A stretch of 62,044 nucleotides of DNA, counting the filler, from Globobulimina sp. (taxonomy: Eukaryota), in assembly GCA_003354225.1 (NCBI GenBank). It is 25 parts of 25 records of this genome, joined end to end, with 100 filler letters (N's around TTAATTAATTAA, not from the genome) between each part and the next. Parts side by side here need not be neighbours in the genome. Positions count along the whole stretch, not along the records: positions 34,815 to 37,200 come from PIVH01006985.1; positions 37,301 to 39,685 come from PIVH01006986.1; positions 39,786 to 42,170 come from PIVH01006987.1; positions 42,271 to 44,655 come from PIVH01006988.1; positions 44,756 to 47,140 come from PIVH01006989.1; positions 47,241 to 49,624 come from PIVH01006990.1; 19 more parts are not named here. The stretch is one strand, 5' to 3'. The notes under the pieces were generated by a model. The model made no database searches and was not told where the DNA came from. It saw nothing but the letters and a program-made list of their open reading frames with translations. How positions within the stretch are numbered: the stretch's first letter is position 1; every line of letters starts with the position of its first letter. The position numbers and the translations under genes are program-made. This document shows positions 34,815 to 48,207 of the stretch, in pieces.

Positions 34815-37140
34815 CCACCACCACCACTACCACTACCACCAAAGCACCAGTTCCATCACAAAAACCAACCATCAAACCAACCACCACAACCACCACAACT
34901 AGCACCACCACTAAAGTACCATTTGAACCAACTCCCGTCATTACAAAGCCACCCTCATCATCCATCAAAAAAGGTAATTATTATATTTTAATCTATAATA
35001 TTACACATAAATATTATCTGCACAGTGAATGACGTATCAACAGCAATACAAATGGATAAAAAAGCTGTGAAACAACCGATCTGTTCCAACAGTATATTTA
35101 CTGCCACTTCATGGAACTCAATCAATGTGCCACAATCGGAAATCTGTGCAAAATTTATCTCTGGACAAACCTATCTATCACCTTCAGAACCGCAGCATGT
35201 AATCGCATCACACTTTGAATGTGCCCTTAACAATAATCCACAAAGCTGTGCCATCGATTTTGGTGATGACTATGTCATAAATGTCCTGCATGGCTTTGCT
35301 GATTTATCCGCCACCGATCGAATATCTGCATACATGGATTGTATCGAAGAACCGATATTTGAACCAATTTATTTCCAATATGGACCATATGATAACAATG
35401 AAAATTATATTGAATGTTTGCGTATTGATATGTCTCACAGTCAGTTACAACAAGATATAAAATTAAAACAGAAAAGCTTAAGACAATTATGGTTGCGGGA
35501 GTATGATGTTAATGATAAAAATATGCATTCCTTACGTGTTGAATTTACAATGTTAGAAATGGATGTTGAGCCAGGATTTGATAATGTATTCCTATCATGG
35601 CAGTATAACAACATATACAGTCCAAATTATGTCCACTGGACAGGCAAAAACAAATCATTTCAGCCACAACCCGGTGTTCCATTCAGTAAAACATTATTTT
35701 GGAATGTTTTGAGCGGCGATTATTTGCAAATTTGTATGAATTTAAAATCTGACCAAGATATAACCAGTAATGGATTTAAAGGGATGTTTACAATCAGAAA
35801 AGAATTGGGTGTATGGAGTGATTGGAGTGAATGCAAAACTGCTCCATCTGCACAGCGATATAGGTATGGTGGACAATGTGGCATTGGGGTCAGAAATAAA
35901 ACAAAAATATGCGCGAATGGGAGAATTGATGATGGTGAACATATATGTGTTGAAGAGCACACATTGAATGAATTTTGTATCAAAGCAAACTGTCAAGATA
36001 TTGATAATACAGATCCATTAATATTACCGGAGAAGGAAAAACCTGGGAAACTGAAGCCAGATGATTTTGAATGGAGATTTAATGGAAAGCATAGAGTCGA
36101 TCCTGTGTATCCCGATCCCTTTAGGTATATATTAGCAGCAAATACGAAAATCGATGTCAGTTTAATGATAAAGTTTAGTTAATATTCGCATTCCAAAATT
36201 CTATAAATATGCTGAAAACAAGTGTTTTTTTTTTAATTGTAGACAAATTCAAGATAAAATGAAAGCAATTGCATCACGTTACAGCGACGAACGGATACTA
36301 ACATATGGAATAGGCGAAGGGATAAATAATTATAATACATTAGAAACACGAATCGAAGCTAGATTGTTGCGTTCGTTGTTGTTAGGTCGCAGCTTTGTTG
36401 TCTCATTTACTGGCTCGTCAAACACTGCTGGCCATGACAACATGTTTATGAGTAGCTACAGCATGCAGTTGCTATCAACTTTACGCACATTCTGGGCCAC
36501 AATTGGTTACAATGGCGCAGCATTCCATGTACACAACGTAGCAGAAGGCGGACATTTAGGCACAAAAAAATTAAGTTGGTGCACTAATCAGTTAGTGCCC
36601 GATGATTCTGATTTTGTGTTTTGGGAAAGTCTGATGAACGACGCTGGGGATAAGCGCAACTTTGAAATATTTGAACGTTGGGTACGTAACGTATTGTCCT
36701 TGCCTAAGAACCCAATTTGGGGAGTTATCAATACTGGCGAAGCAGCGGATAGATATGGCGATAACTGCAGGAATAAGAGCGGAATATCTGTGCCATACTG
36801 CAAGATTAGAAATGGTGTGAATATGTATTGGTGGCGGGATGTCAGACCTATTTATGAAGCATCATCGGATATGTTGTTTGTTGGTGCGAGGAGGGGCTGC
36901 TATGCTTTAGCTGATGCAGTGCCTGAATGTAGTGGGCTATCTGTGACATGGCATGCTTTTTTTTCATTATTTTGTGTGTGGTATTAATACAGACAATGAA
37001 TATATATAGGCATCCATCACCAAATGGACATAGGTTATACGCTGAAACGTTTGCTTATTGGTTTTTGAAAGTGGCGTTGCATGGCTTGCAAAAAGTTTCG
37101 TCGCCCACAACTTTGTTGTCTGTAAATTTGTAAACATTCC
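34815..37140 (+). CDS. Thr/Pro stalk + CUB-like + TSP1 + SGNH/GDSL-like hydrolase protein; introns 34974-35025, 36125-36242, 36951-37009 (GC-AG); partial
   Basis: MDVEPGFDNV and LKSDQDITSNGF (CUB-like); WSDWSEC...CGIGVRNKTKIC (TSP1); FTGSSNTAGHD, WESLMND, WHPSPNGH (SGNH). Confidence 0.75.
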
Positions 37141-37599
37141 GGTAGGGTAGATATGGGAACAGCGTGGGCGCCCTGATCAACGGCACCGTGCAGCGCTTCG
37201 NNNNNNNNNNNNNNNNNNNNNNNNNNNNNNNNNNNNNNNNNNNNTTAATTAATTAANNNNNNNNNNNNNNNNNNNNNNNNNNNNNNNNNNNNNNNNNNNN
37301 AAAATTTCACTGCCTGTCTTTTTTAAAAGAAACTGTTTCAAACTGTTTAACAACATTTCACCGCTAAAACAGTAAGAGAAAATTAAGTAAGTAAGTAAGT
37401 GTAATATTATTACATTGGGCAATTCAAACTCCCCGCGTTGACCTGCAGGACATACCCATATGGACTGGTACGGTATCAATTGGCCCGGCTCACCTGACTT
37501 TGGAGGTGGCGTGATCGACCGAGCATTAATTTGCCTATGGCTGACGGGACAAGTGCAACTACAATTGGTACTGGAAGCCCTTGAATAGTGATCAAAGAA

Positions 37600-39685
37600 G
37601 AACGATCATTCTTGAGTCAACACTTCGATCTCTTATGCCATCGTTTATTATGGTTTTTATGCATATTTTATGTGTTGCATATTATTATGTAGTTTTATAA
37701 CGGCCGTCAAGTAAATGATTTTCGACATTTCGGTAACACGTTAATTATTTATATTATTCATCATCGTTTTAAATGCTTCCGACATTGCAGCTCTTCTTGT
37801 CGTCATTTTAACAGCTCTACTTGTTGTTGACATAATAGAGCGCCGTGAACCGAGTTCTAGCGCGGCTCTAGTCATAAACATCATATACAACTTGTAGATT
37901 ACTGTTACAGTGGTGACGGCAGACTTGTCTTGTTTTGTGTTAACTACAGGGCTTCGAGAACGGAGTACCGCAATTATGCTGGCCTAACAACCACGCAGTA
38001 GAGTAGAGGATGTCCGGGATACCTCAAAGTTGATTATCATATTCCTGCGTGCGTGCAAAGGCACCTAAATCGCTTGCCAGCATATAGTTTTATGTTTGAC
38101 AACCATCCATTAGTTAAAATAGTGGTTCAAAAATATTTTACACCAAGGTTAGTAGCTTGGCAGGTACCAGTGTTCAAAATGTATCGTCACAGTGCGAGCT
38201 GTACCCATAGTACAAGCGATGCAAGTAACAACATATTGCATACCGGTATTCAAAGCGTACCACCATACAGTGCGAGCTGTACCGAGTAGTAATTACCATT
38301 ACATGATGTAGGCAACTAGAGCTACCACATTAGATCGGCCTATTCTTAGGTTCACTAGTAGTAATTTCTGGGTATTGTATGTATGCACGAATGATGAGAA
38401 TTGCAGTGTGCTGAGCCTTATGGGGAGTTATACTCATGTGGGATGTATTAAATTATTCCGGGCCAGTGTCGCGTTTTCGAATGGTGCCGGTGTTGTATCA
38501 TATTCACATGCGATGTAGTAATTTGTAGTATTAGTATAGTATGCAGTAAGTCGTTCGTGGGTGCGGAGAGGTGGTGATTGCGTTACTAGGAAAGGTAGAA
38601 TTTTAGTTGCTACAGCCTGGTAGAGTAGTAAATCGATTTTACAAGTCCATTTTCGTATTGTTGCCCAGTTAATAAATAATAAGGCACTGGTCATTTTTGA
38701 GTTGTTGGGACTTCGCTGTCCCACATTGCTCGTGGTTGCAGCCTAATTTTTTTTTCTCTGGGAAGCATGTATTCCATCAATCATGGACGGTTTTTCCCAC
38801 CTATAGTCGTTACTCAGTGCAGCTAAGTCGCTAATTGTTTTTATGGATGGGTTGCCAAACTCAAATTTCGGGAGGGGAAGGATTACATATTTATGTAATG
38901 TTATAATTCCCCCCAAATTACATCAGATATGGACCGAAGCCAGCACAAAACAGCACAAGAGTATTCGGACTCAAGCCTTTGAAGAGCATGGCATATCACT
39001 CGACATTAGCTACCAATATCGCATATCATATGCCATTGACAATTTACCATCACATGGTATTATGACAAGTACCATATACCATCAATATAAAGTGTTGCTA
39101 TACAGGACTATAGAGTTATCCCTAGTCGCATTTAGACATGCTATCTTTTAGCTATGCCTGAATCATGGTAAAACATACAGGGATAAGTTTATGGTCCCCT
39201 GCAGTCATGAAAATGTTGCTAATAGTAACTATTTTTAGATCGGTCGACAGCAGGTCATTCCAACCCCGGCCAACCACTGAGGAAACATCAATTGTAGCAG
39301 GAAGGCATGTAATATCCGTGGTTATTACAAAGATCAAGTCCGCAATATGCATGCCAGCTCATTACACAAATTAGCATGCAGCAAACCAGCATGATGCGAC
39401 TGCCGGCGCAACTGGCCGGCCTACGAACAGAAAACGATCATTAAAAACACTCTTGTTATGTCTTGCTATGATTGCCGTATATTTTAATATCGCCATAGTA
39501 TTTTATGCTGCCTTTTTATTATAATGTAGTTTTATGTTTATGATGGCCGCCAAGTAAACGACTTTTAGTATTTCGGTAACACATTAGTTATTTGTATTAT
39601 TCATTATCGTTTCAATTGCGTTTGACATCACATTTCCTCTTGTCATCATTTTAACAGCTCTACTTGTTGTTGACATAATAGAGCG
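37600..39685. repeat. Two diverged copies of a ~250-bp dispersed repeat (about 37600-37842 and 39430-39685)
   Basis: Shared blocks ATTTCGGTAACAC and TCATTTTAACAGCTCTACTTGTTGTTGACATAATAGAGCG in the same orientation. Confidence 0.85.
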
Positions 39686-39785
39686 NNNNNNNNNNNNNNN
39701 NNNNNNNNNNNNNNNNNNNNNNNNNNNNNTTAATTAATTAANNNNNNNNNNNNNNNNNNNNNNNNNNNNNNNNNNNNNNNNNNNN

Positions 39786-41029
39786 GTTTGTTGGAGTGTG
39801 ATCGCAGACCGTGGACTTTGCATAATATGTTTTTGTGTCTTATTATTTGAATTATTGAGTGGAGACAGTGGCGCGTTGCTGGTGGAGGCTCTCTTGCATA
39901 TATTGCCACAGTGATAATTATAATTATATGCCCATAATTGCAAAGACAGATACTTCGCATGGATATATTGTCTATTTCTGGCAAAATTTAGTGTCAGACA
40001 CGTACACGAAATGGACCATAATATGGGTAGAAATAGTATGATATTTATATTGTAAATAAAAGTAAATAATGAGATGTGTATTGAAGATGCTATGCACGAA
40101 ATAAGTGATATTCTGCGCATTAAATAGACACTCTCCAACATATCGTCATGGATATTTGTCAAATATTTCTCTATTCCTTTAACATTAACACACAAACAAA
40201 TGTATTACAAACAAAACAAAAGCACAGAAACTTAACCCATGACAAATCTGTATTGCACTATCAAAATATGACCGAATAACCAGATGTTTATTACATTGAA
40301 GATGAGATAAAATGAGATAACGACTGGATATAAGTAATAATAAAAGTGTATTTGCAGTATAAATATGCATAAAAAGGGTATACAAAACAATGAAAATTTA
40401 AACATTATTTGTTTCGAATTTAATATTAACATCTTTTTCGATGCAAAGTAGGTCGTATAAAAACGGTGAAAATTAAAGAATGATTCCCATATTGATAGGA
40501 ATATTAAGGAATAGACAATAATCCAATCGATGGTATGTGTATAATTATGGCTATTGATGTTGTATTGAATATTATCCTCAACTTTGAAGAGTGTGTATTT
40601 AGAGATAATAATAAGGCATAATGTGATGATGAAGATATTATAAAATAGAAATGAGATGGGGAAGAAATCAAAATTATCTTCTATTCCAACAATGCAACAT
40701 CGACATATACTCTGTAGAGTTATTATTTATATCTATATATCAATGTGGATATTATATAAATTAACTTCATTCCGCCGAATGTGTCTCATTATATTGCTTG
40801 AGCGGACTCTTAACGAGTTTCGTTTTGTTAGACCATTTCTATGGGGATTATTCATGAAATTTTTTGAGCGAATACAACATTGAAAGTTAAAATGGCGGCT
40901 GCTGTGTAATATTAAGCATGTTAGGAATATTAGAATTGATAGTGTTACAAACGCCAGTCCCATGGATTCCGTTGCCATTACTGAATAGTACAAAAAAAAA
41001 AACAAAGCAGATGATTTTATTAATACCAT
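39786..41029 (-). CDS. Multi-pass (GPCR-like) membrane protein; introns 40712-40765 and 40177-40236; 3' partial
   Basis: Three exons join in frame via GTTAAT...CTACAG and GTTAAG...TAAAG; the middle exon is only partly in the ORF track. Confidence 0.7.
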
Positions 41030-41232
41030 TAATAAAAGGTAAATGATTTGTTCTTTTCAGATATATGGCACTGTCCATTAACCCTATACTATTTTTTATT
41101 GTATACTGAATCTGATTTGACACAAAGAATAATCCTATAAAATATATTTGTTGTTTCTCGGATCCGAAAACTTACATAACATTTTCTGTTTATTTCTACA
41201 ACCACACTTTTTAAGCCTAAGCTGTCTCAGCA

Positions 41233-42092
41233 ATGCGTGGTAAAGAAAAAGTGGTAGAAGTCAGCACAGGCTCACCTTTTATAGCAGGTCGATACGAAAG
41301 ATTTAACACTAAATTAGGCCAAGGCGCCTTTAAAACCGTATATAAAGCATTTGACACATTGGAACAGATTGATGTCGCCTGGAATTGCATTGATTTGTCC
41401 TGTCTCAACAACAACATTGAAAGGGAAAAAATACTCAAAGAGTGTGACATTTTACGCAAATTAAACCATCCAAACATACTCAAAATTGGGGATACGTGGT
41501 ACAATGAAGCAGAGGGACATTTAATTTTTATTACCAATCTGGTTCACGATGGCTCATTGTCCAAATATTTTAAAAATCGATCGATAAATCTAATTCGAAT
41601 CAAAAAAATCGCAAAGCAAATACTATCAGCTTTAGCCTATTTGCATGCGAATGGAATCATTCATCGCGACTTAAAAGGAGATAATATATTCATTGAAGGC
41701 CACACAGGAAATGTCGTCATTGGCGACATGGGCTTGTCATGCAATGCGGTGTCGGCCCGTTCTATCGTTGGTACGCCGCATTTTATGGCACCTGAACTAT
41801 TTAAAGGTATATATGTATCCTTGCACTGTACCTACACCTTTCATATATATATATATATATATATATAATACATTGCGACAGAAAAATACGACGAAATGGT
41901 AGATATCTGGTCCTTTGGCATGGTGATATTGGAATTAGTCACACAACAAATGCCATATACTGAATGCAAAGGTGCCTTTCAAGCCTATCAAGCGATTATA
42001 TCTGGCACTAAACCTTTGATATTATCGCTCATTGCAAATAATTATATACGATATTTCATTGCAATTTGTATCAACGTGAATCCTAAATTAAG
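41233..42092 (+). CDS. WNK: WNK-family Ser/Thr kinase; intron 41807-41881; 3' partial
   Basis: LGQGAFKTVYKAFD...VAWN (catalytic Lys in subdomain I), HRDLKGDNIFI, GDMG, APE, VDIWSFGM. Confidence 0.92.
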
Positions 42093-42270
42093 GTATGCAC
42101 ATTTGACTGACTGTAACTGTTTGTAAATAGCTGCCATGATGACATGATGTAAAACCTTACTCAAAAAAAANNNNNNNNNNNNNNNNNNNNNNNNNNNNNN
42201 NNNNNNNNNNNNNNTTAATTAATTAANNNNNNNNNNNNNNNNNNNNNNNNNNNNNNNNNNNNNNNNNNNN

Positions 42271-43234
42271 ATATACTTACTATATCATTACATATCCCAG
42301 TATGACAAATCACCACCACTTCTCTGCCAGTTTCACCCAAAAACGTTTCCCACTGTTTTGTTTGATTACAATTGGTTGTAATTTCTGTTAATCCCATTTC
42401 ATTCTCAAATTCTAATTGATCTGGCGATGTAATCCCTGAATCAACAATGATAAGCTCTTGTAATACATTGGGTATGTTTACAAGTCTTGTGACAGATTTA
42501 CATCCTGTCATAACAAAGTACTCTGTCATTGTAAGAGTAGAATTGCATGCATTGAAATCAATAACTCCTTGAATTGGATTATCAGAAATATCAACCTGCC
42601 TCAAAGCGATTGACATACCAAATGTGACATGATCTAATCGGGTAAACTTATTACCAGAAATTGATAAAAATCCAATACTATGAAATAAAAAATTTTGTAA
42701 TGAATCTAAACTATTCCCGCTTAAATCAACTTTAGAAAATGCTGGAATTTCAAATGCATGATCAGCAATTTCCAAATATTGTAACACGTCTTGATCTAAA
42801 TAGTTTAATTTTAAATGCCCACCGGACCTCTCTATTATTTCTGTAATCATTGAACCGATCATGTTTGAATAGGTTGTTTTGATTTGTTTTTTGAAATTCT
42901 GATTAAAATTTAATCTTTTTGCGGTGCGAGCAATTGTTCCATTTTGTTTTTCTTCGCTCATAAATGCATTTATTAATCTTGCATAATCGTCTGACTGTAT
43001 TGTACTATTTGAAGTTCCTAAATCTCTTTGTTTCAGTTCAGACTCTGCCACTTTCCTAAAACGAATGTTTTCAGGATTTAAATATTTGTTTACTAATTCA
43101 TCGGATGGTAACCATTGATAGATGTGACTTAATAAATCATCTGTTACTTGGCTCATGTTACTGCAGGTACTCATTGATAAAATGTTTAATATCATAATGA
43201 TAATACATTTAGTTGAATGAGGTACAGGCATCAA
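42271..43234 (-). CDS. Leucine-rich-repeat protein with hydrophobic N-terminus and F-box-like segment
   Basis: VDLSGNSL, LSISGNKF, VDISDNPI repeats; VTDDLLSHIYQWL. Confidence 0.7.
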
Positions 43235-43426
43235 CTTTTAATGTTTGTTTCTGTTTAAATCAAAAATAAGTGAAATAAATAGAGAATTTGTGGGGATACG
43301 AAAAAGACAGTGCGAATTTGCATTGTAAAATAATTTAATGTGTGACAGCTGCATATTGACCAAGTATATATAAATTAGTCACACTTTCAGTGGTTCAGTA
43401 GCAGTGTCTAGTAAAAACAGCTAGCA

Positions 43427-44655
43427 ATGTGTCGCAGAAAACCATGCAGTTTGTGTTGTCAGTGTGTATGGCAACATTGCAGATCTTGTGCGAAACATGT
43501 ATTTGGGATAAGAATATTGTTAGTAACACTATCAGTAATTGATGTTTTGGTAATGTTATGGTTTATTTATTCAACATTAGAAACATACGGTGAAATCGAA
43601 AATTGCTGCGGCATTGTACATTATCCAAAACCAGAAGTGAGTGATTATTCAATGGATGCATATTCGGAATGTGTGCAGTTGAATTATGAGACGCTCATAG
43701 TATCGGATTATTCAAATTTTATATTCAATTCAAAAGATTATTATTCAATTAAGTGGGATGCATTTGTTTCCATTTTAACATACTACGATATTAATGTGAG
43801 TGTATCCGCAATCAGCCATGGCTGCGTAATAAACCATTATGACTGTTTCACGGAGACAGTACAGCCATGCATTGATGCAAAATATATCAATGATCAATCA
43901 CTTGCAGCCAAAACAAATAAAGAATTGGAAGCAATGTGTCAAGAAAATATGTCAAAAAAAGCAAAGTTGTATGTTGTAGCAGGCATATTTCTATTGGCAT
44001 CAATCAAAATACTATTAATTTGCATTGGTATTTGTTCGAAATTGTATCGCAATGAATTTAGACCACGTAATGAAGCGCTTCACAACATTTTATATCCAAC
44101 ATATTGCCCTCAATTCATTGAAAAACGCAAAAACAACGCTTATGCCAAGATGAAGGACGAAGAGGAGAACAATGAACATAAATATAAAGCATTGCAATTG
44201 TATGTATTTTGGAATTGTGTTAAGTGTGTACTGTTATTTCCTGTTTTAATGTTACGAATGTTCCGGTTTATGTTATGTAAATCGTATTTTTTATTGATTT
44301 ATATGACAAATTTAGCATGTTCAATGGCATTGTTTTTATTGCATAATTCGCCAGTTTTAGGGATTGATGGAGTCGATTTTTGTGTGTCCGGAGCAGAGAG
44401 TGTAGCATGTATTGTTGGACAAAATGAGTGCGGTATTGTTAGCTGGATAATAATGCCACATATTGCAAAATATTTATTACCGAGATATATCACATTGACT
44501 GTTTCATGGTTGGCTTTTTTGGGCAGATTCATTGAAAAGTGCGCAGTCTGCAAATTACAAGATATGATTATTAACAAAGATGGTGATATTATTAAGGATT
44601 TGCATGTAAATCAAAAGAGGGAATTGGATCAGTTTATGCAATTATCTGTTAATGA
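43427..44655 (+). CDS. Cys-rich multi-pass membrane protein (3' partial)
   Basis: ORF of over 400 aa with several TM segments and Cys-rich loops. Confidence 0.7.
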
Positions 44656-44755
44656 NNNNNNNNNNNNNNNNNNNNNNNNNNNNNNNNNNNNNNNNNNNNT
44701 TAATTAATTAANNNNNNNNNNNNNNNNNNNNNNNNNNNNNNNNNNNNNNNNNNNN

Positions 44756-47140
44756 TATATACATGAGGCCAAGTAAAGGTGTACAATAAGGAGATGAATA
44801 TCTCGCAGATCACGCTCAATATGCTATATTGCGTGGATATGAACAATATCTTCTCCTCCAACAGTATGCTTTTATAGATATTCATAATGGTCTCAATGCT
44901 GAATAGCTCAAATAAGACCCGCGTGGATATGGAGGATATGCTCAATGGGTTGTTACTCGGCGAACGACTCATTTTGAATGATTTATCGCCGATATTGTAT
45001 CCCACACTGAAATACCCTCTCGGCGGTAAGGGACATTCCAAGAAGAAATTGCATAGATAGCGCTCGATGGGGATCTTGGAGGGAGTTAGGGATAAACGAT
45101 ATAACTCGGTGAGGAATACGCGGTATCCCTGAATGAAGGAATGGTACGATATGATACAGATGCATTTGGGCGCAAAATAGCCTTTGCAATCTGCTAAAGT
45201 TAAGTACTTCAAATTGTGTATGGTATCGCTGTCATTGTCGACGTCTTTTATGTTATGGCAATTCTTGCAAAATTCAAAGATTTTGCTGGGTGCGACCGGC
45301 TCAAAGAATCGTAGACAACAACCGAATAAATGTTCGCCAGTCTCTGGGGTCCAGACAAAGGTATAAAAGATGGGTAAGGAGGGGAATTTGGTGAGGAATA
45401 ATCCCGTCGGCAAACAGAAATATTGTAATTGCGTGTCGGTGGAGATTATGGCTGTATCCACGTGATCAAAGGGCGGGAATCTATCAATTACACTGGGTTC
45501 CAAACGTAGAGAGCCAAAGGGATTGGGATTCGTTGATAAATCAACAGAGTTTGAACTGTATAAATCAGCAGAGGACGCACGCAGTTTCTCTATGTTTGTA
45601 TAATCAATGCTGTCTTTATTGGCATTGTGTTGTGGTGGCCTGGGAGGTGTTGGCGGTGGTGGACTTTGGGGCAGTTTGGGTGATTTTGAATTGGAATGTC
45701 CTCTGAAAAACGAAGCCAAATTGCCAGAAACAGATTGGCGTTCCATTGTATTGTCACGTTTTGAATTGGAATGTCCACTGAAAAACGAAGCCAAATTGCC
45801 AGAAACATCCATTTTATGCGATATTTGGTCTAAATATGCTTTGGGAGAAGTTGGCAAAGTGTCCTGTAATTCGTGCTTATGCGTAACTTTTATACCAACC
45901 ACTGAGTGTATGTTGGATTTGGACATACTATGCATGCTATATAGACTATGTTCAATTTCATGAATGGTAGCTAAGGTTTGCTCATCTACGATGTACTCAG
46001 CCAGCGAGACGATAATAGTTCTCCCGTGCTCGCCGTCGTAATTTTTACAGAATAACCAGGAGTCAATGGGCAGATACAACGGGTTATATTCTTCCGGATG
46101 GAATTCAAACTCGCCATGATGGCCAGACTGGTATTGATGCACTAACTCGTTCATCCAAACAGGTTTTGTTTCGTATTCGTTGATTAAAATAACATCATAA
46201 AACCATGACGATATTGCCACGATAAAGCACCATAATATAATACCAAAGGAATCTAAGCTTGGCTGTATCAGTAAACAAAGAGGACAGATTATCAACGGTA
46301 TCGATCGCAATATAATAGATATGGATGATAATGCTTTATATTTCTCATGGCATTGTCGCAAGATATAATAAGTCAATATGGTCGAATCCGTGCCAATAAT
46401 AAGGACGATTGATATTTGTGGCGGTACGGCATCTAAGTCCGCAAAAGTCACTAATAATCGCAATCCAATCCCGACAAATAATAATGAAGTGGATAATGGC
46501 AAATGCATAAATATCCAGGCCACGGCACCCGGTGACTCCATTTTGTGCAATGCATGACAAGCTTCTTCAGCATGTGACCCAAAATACATTAACTGGAACA
46601 AAAATAATAAGCCAAATGCGAAATAGACGCAAATATATCGAATAAATGAGCCAGGATCGGGTGATATGAGTAAGGCCAGAATAGATTCACCAATTACAAT
46701 CATGGAGAAGATACCAAATCGTTCTACAATGGACTCTAAACAAAATATATTGTATATATCGCCCACGGTATGCACTCGAAAGGACACTAAGGAGACATAT
46801 AACATTATGATGCTCGACAGGATAATGGCGAGGATGATATACAAAGGATTGGACGGATCAATCATTGGTAAAAATAATACCATCAATGCCATTGAATACG
46901 AATATATTCTACGCCGACAATATCGCTTTGCAGTTTCTTTCAATTTCCAGCGATAAAATATATGCAACAACAATAATGCAATAATGCAAAGACCAAAGCC
47001 TAACAAGAACCTATTTGCATACTGAACAGCAAATAAATCTGCATTTATATCAATTTGAAAGGATATTTCAATCACACCCGCCAAGATTATAAATATCAAC
47101 GTATCATCCACTAAGCCATACCATTTACCTTCAAAGCCAT
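44756..47140 (-). CDS. LtrA-like polytopic membrane domain fused to uDENN/cDENN Rab-GEF domain (partial at both ends)
   Basis: ERFGIFSMIVIGESI and WIFMHLPL (LtrA); DRFP..D, FCLPTG, FGCCLRFFE, PKCICIIS, PLPPRG, LLEEKILFIS, FTWPHVY (DENN). Single open frame across the contig. Confidence 0.85.
45684..45807. repeat. 49-bp direct repeat, 75-bp period, in frame (VSGNLASFFxGHSNSK twice)
   Basis: Copies at 45684-45732 and 45759-45807 differ at one base. Confidence 0.9.
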
Positions 47141-47280
47141 NNNNNNNNNNNNNNNNNNNNNNNNNNNNNNNNNNNNNNNNNNNNTTAATTAATTAANNNN
47201 NNNNNNNNNNNNNNNNNNNNNNNNNNNNNNNNNNNNNNNNGGCACAAAAGGGAGCACATATTGTTCAGAGGAGAGAGACA

Positions 47281-48168
47281 ATGACCATTGATGGCATAAG
47301 AGAGGATTTTGAGCAATTGAAAGAAAAGAATATTACAAAGTTGCTTGAAGCCCAAAAAGAAAAGATTTTGGAGACGACAGCAATAAAATGGCTAAAGATG
47401 AGGCCATTTGGTGATGATTTATTCAAAATATGTACATCGAGACATAAATTAGACAAAAAATCAAAAAGGAAAAGAGAGAAAGATATGGATTTTAATATCA
47501 AACATTTTCAAGACTTATATTTAGTTTTAAGGGCGATAACGGATAGAAAAAACGAGAAATTATTAAAGAGAGAGGAGAATCTTTTAACATCGATACAAAC
47601 ATCGGAGCAAATCAAGGATTTGAAGCCGGAGGAAATTTTATACGCCGCAGAGATTTTATTCTGTTTAGTAGATCATTATAAGAATGATATCATTGCGCCC
47701 ACAGATAGATTGATGATGCACTATTTATTGGATCATAAAACGGCGCCGGCCACGGCATTGATGGCATTGGAGCAGTTTGCAAAGGAGAAACATCGCCATT
47801 TGACAGGCGATGATATTTTAAATGAGTTAGGAATCGAATTGAGAGTCGATAAGATTTTGGATCAGAAAAATATTTTATCAAATTTGCAAGAAAAAACGGC
47901 CGCTATTGCGCCAACAGGACAGTATCAAATGGGAAAAAGGAAGAAGCCAAATTGTGTGGACGGCTTAAATTGTGTAGTTTTTCACCATCCGGATGCAAGA
48001 TGTTATAACTGGCAGCCCGAGGATCCGAAGGAATTTTGGAGAAAGAGGGCAGGGCAAAGCTTTGGAAACAATAACCAGAGCGGAAGAGGTGGTGGCTACT
48101 TTGGCAGAGGAGGAGCACAAAGAGGCAGAGGAGGAGCCAACAAGAATTGGAATAGCTATAGATATTAA
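47281..48168 (+). CDS. Gag-like ORF1 with Cys/His knuckle-like motif and RGG tail
   Basis: CVDGLNCVVFHHPDARC then SGRGGGYFGRGGAQRGRGG, immediately upstream of the RT ORF. Confidence 0.6.
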   Translation: MTIDGIREDFEQLKEKNITKLLEAQKEKILETTAIKWLKMRPFGDDLFKICTSRHKLDKKSKRKREKDMDFNIKHFQDLYLVLRAITDRKNEKLLKREENLLTSIQTSEQIKDLKPEEILYAAEILFCLVDHYKNDIIAPTDRLMMHYLLDHKTAPATALMALEQFAKEKHRHLTGDDILNELGIELRVDKILDQKNILSNLQEKTAAIAPTGQYQMGKRKKPNCVDGLNCVVFHHPDARCYNWQPEDPKEFWRKRAGQSFGNNNQSGRGGGYFGRGGAQRGRGGANKNWNSYRY

Positions 48169-48207
48169 CATTTGCTTTCATATCATATATTTACGCGCAA
48201 TTTTTAG

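Noticed and set aside
39786-41123. Apparent fragmented pseudogene
   Set aside because: Explained by two canonical introns that restore one reading frame.
41845-41868. (TA)n tract
   Set aside because: Ordinary intronic microsatellite.
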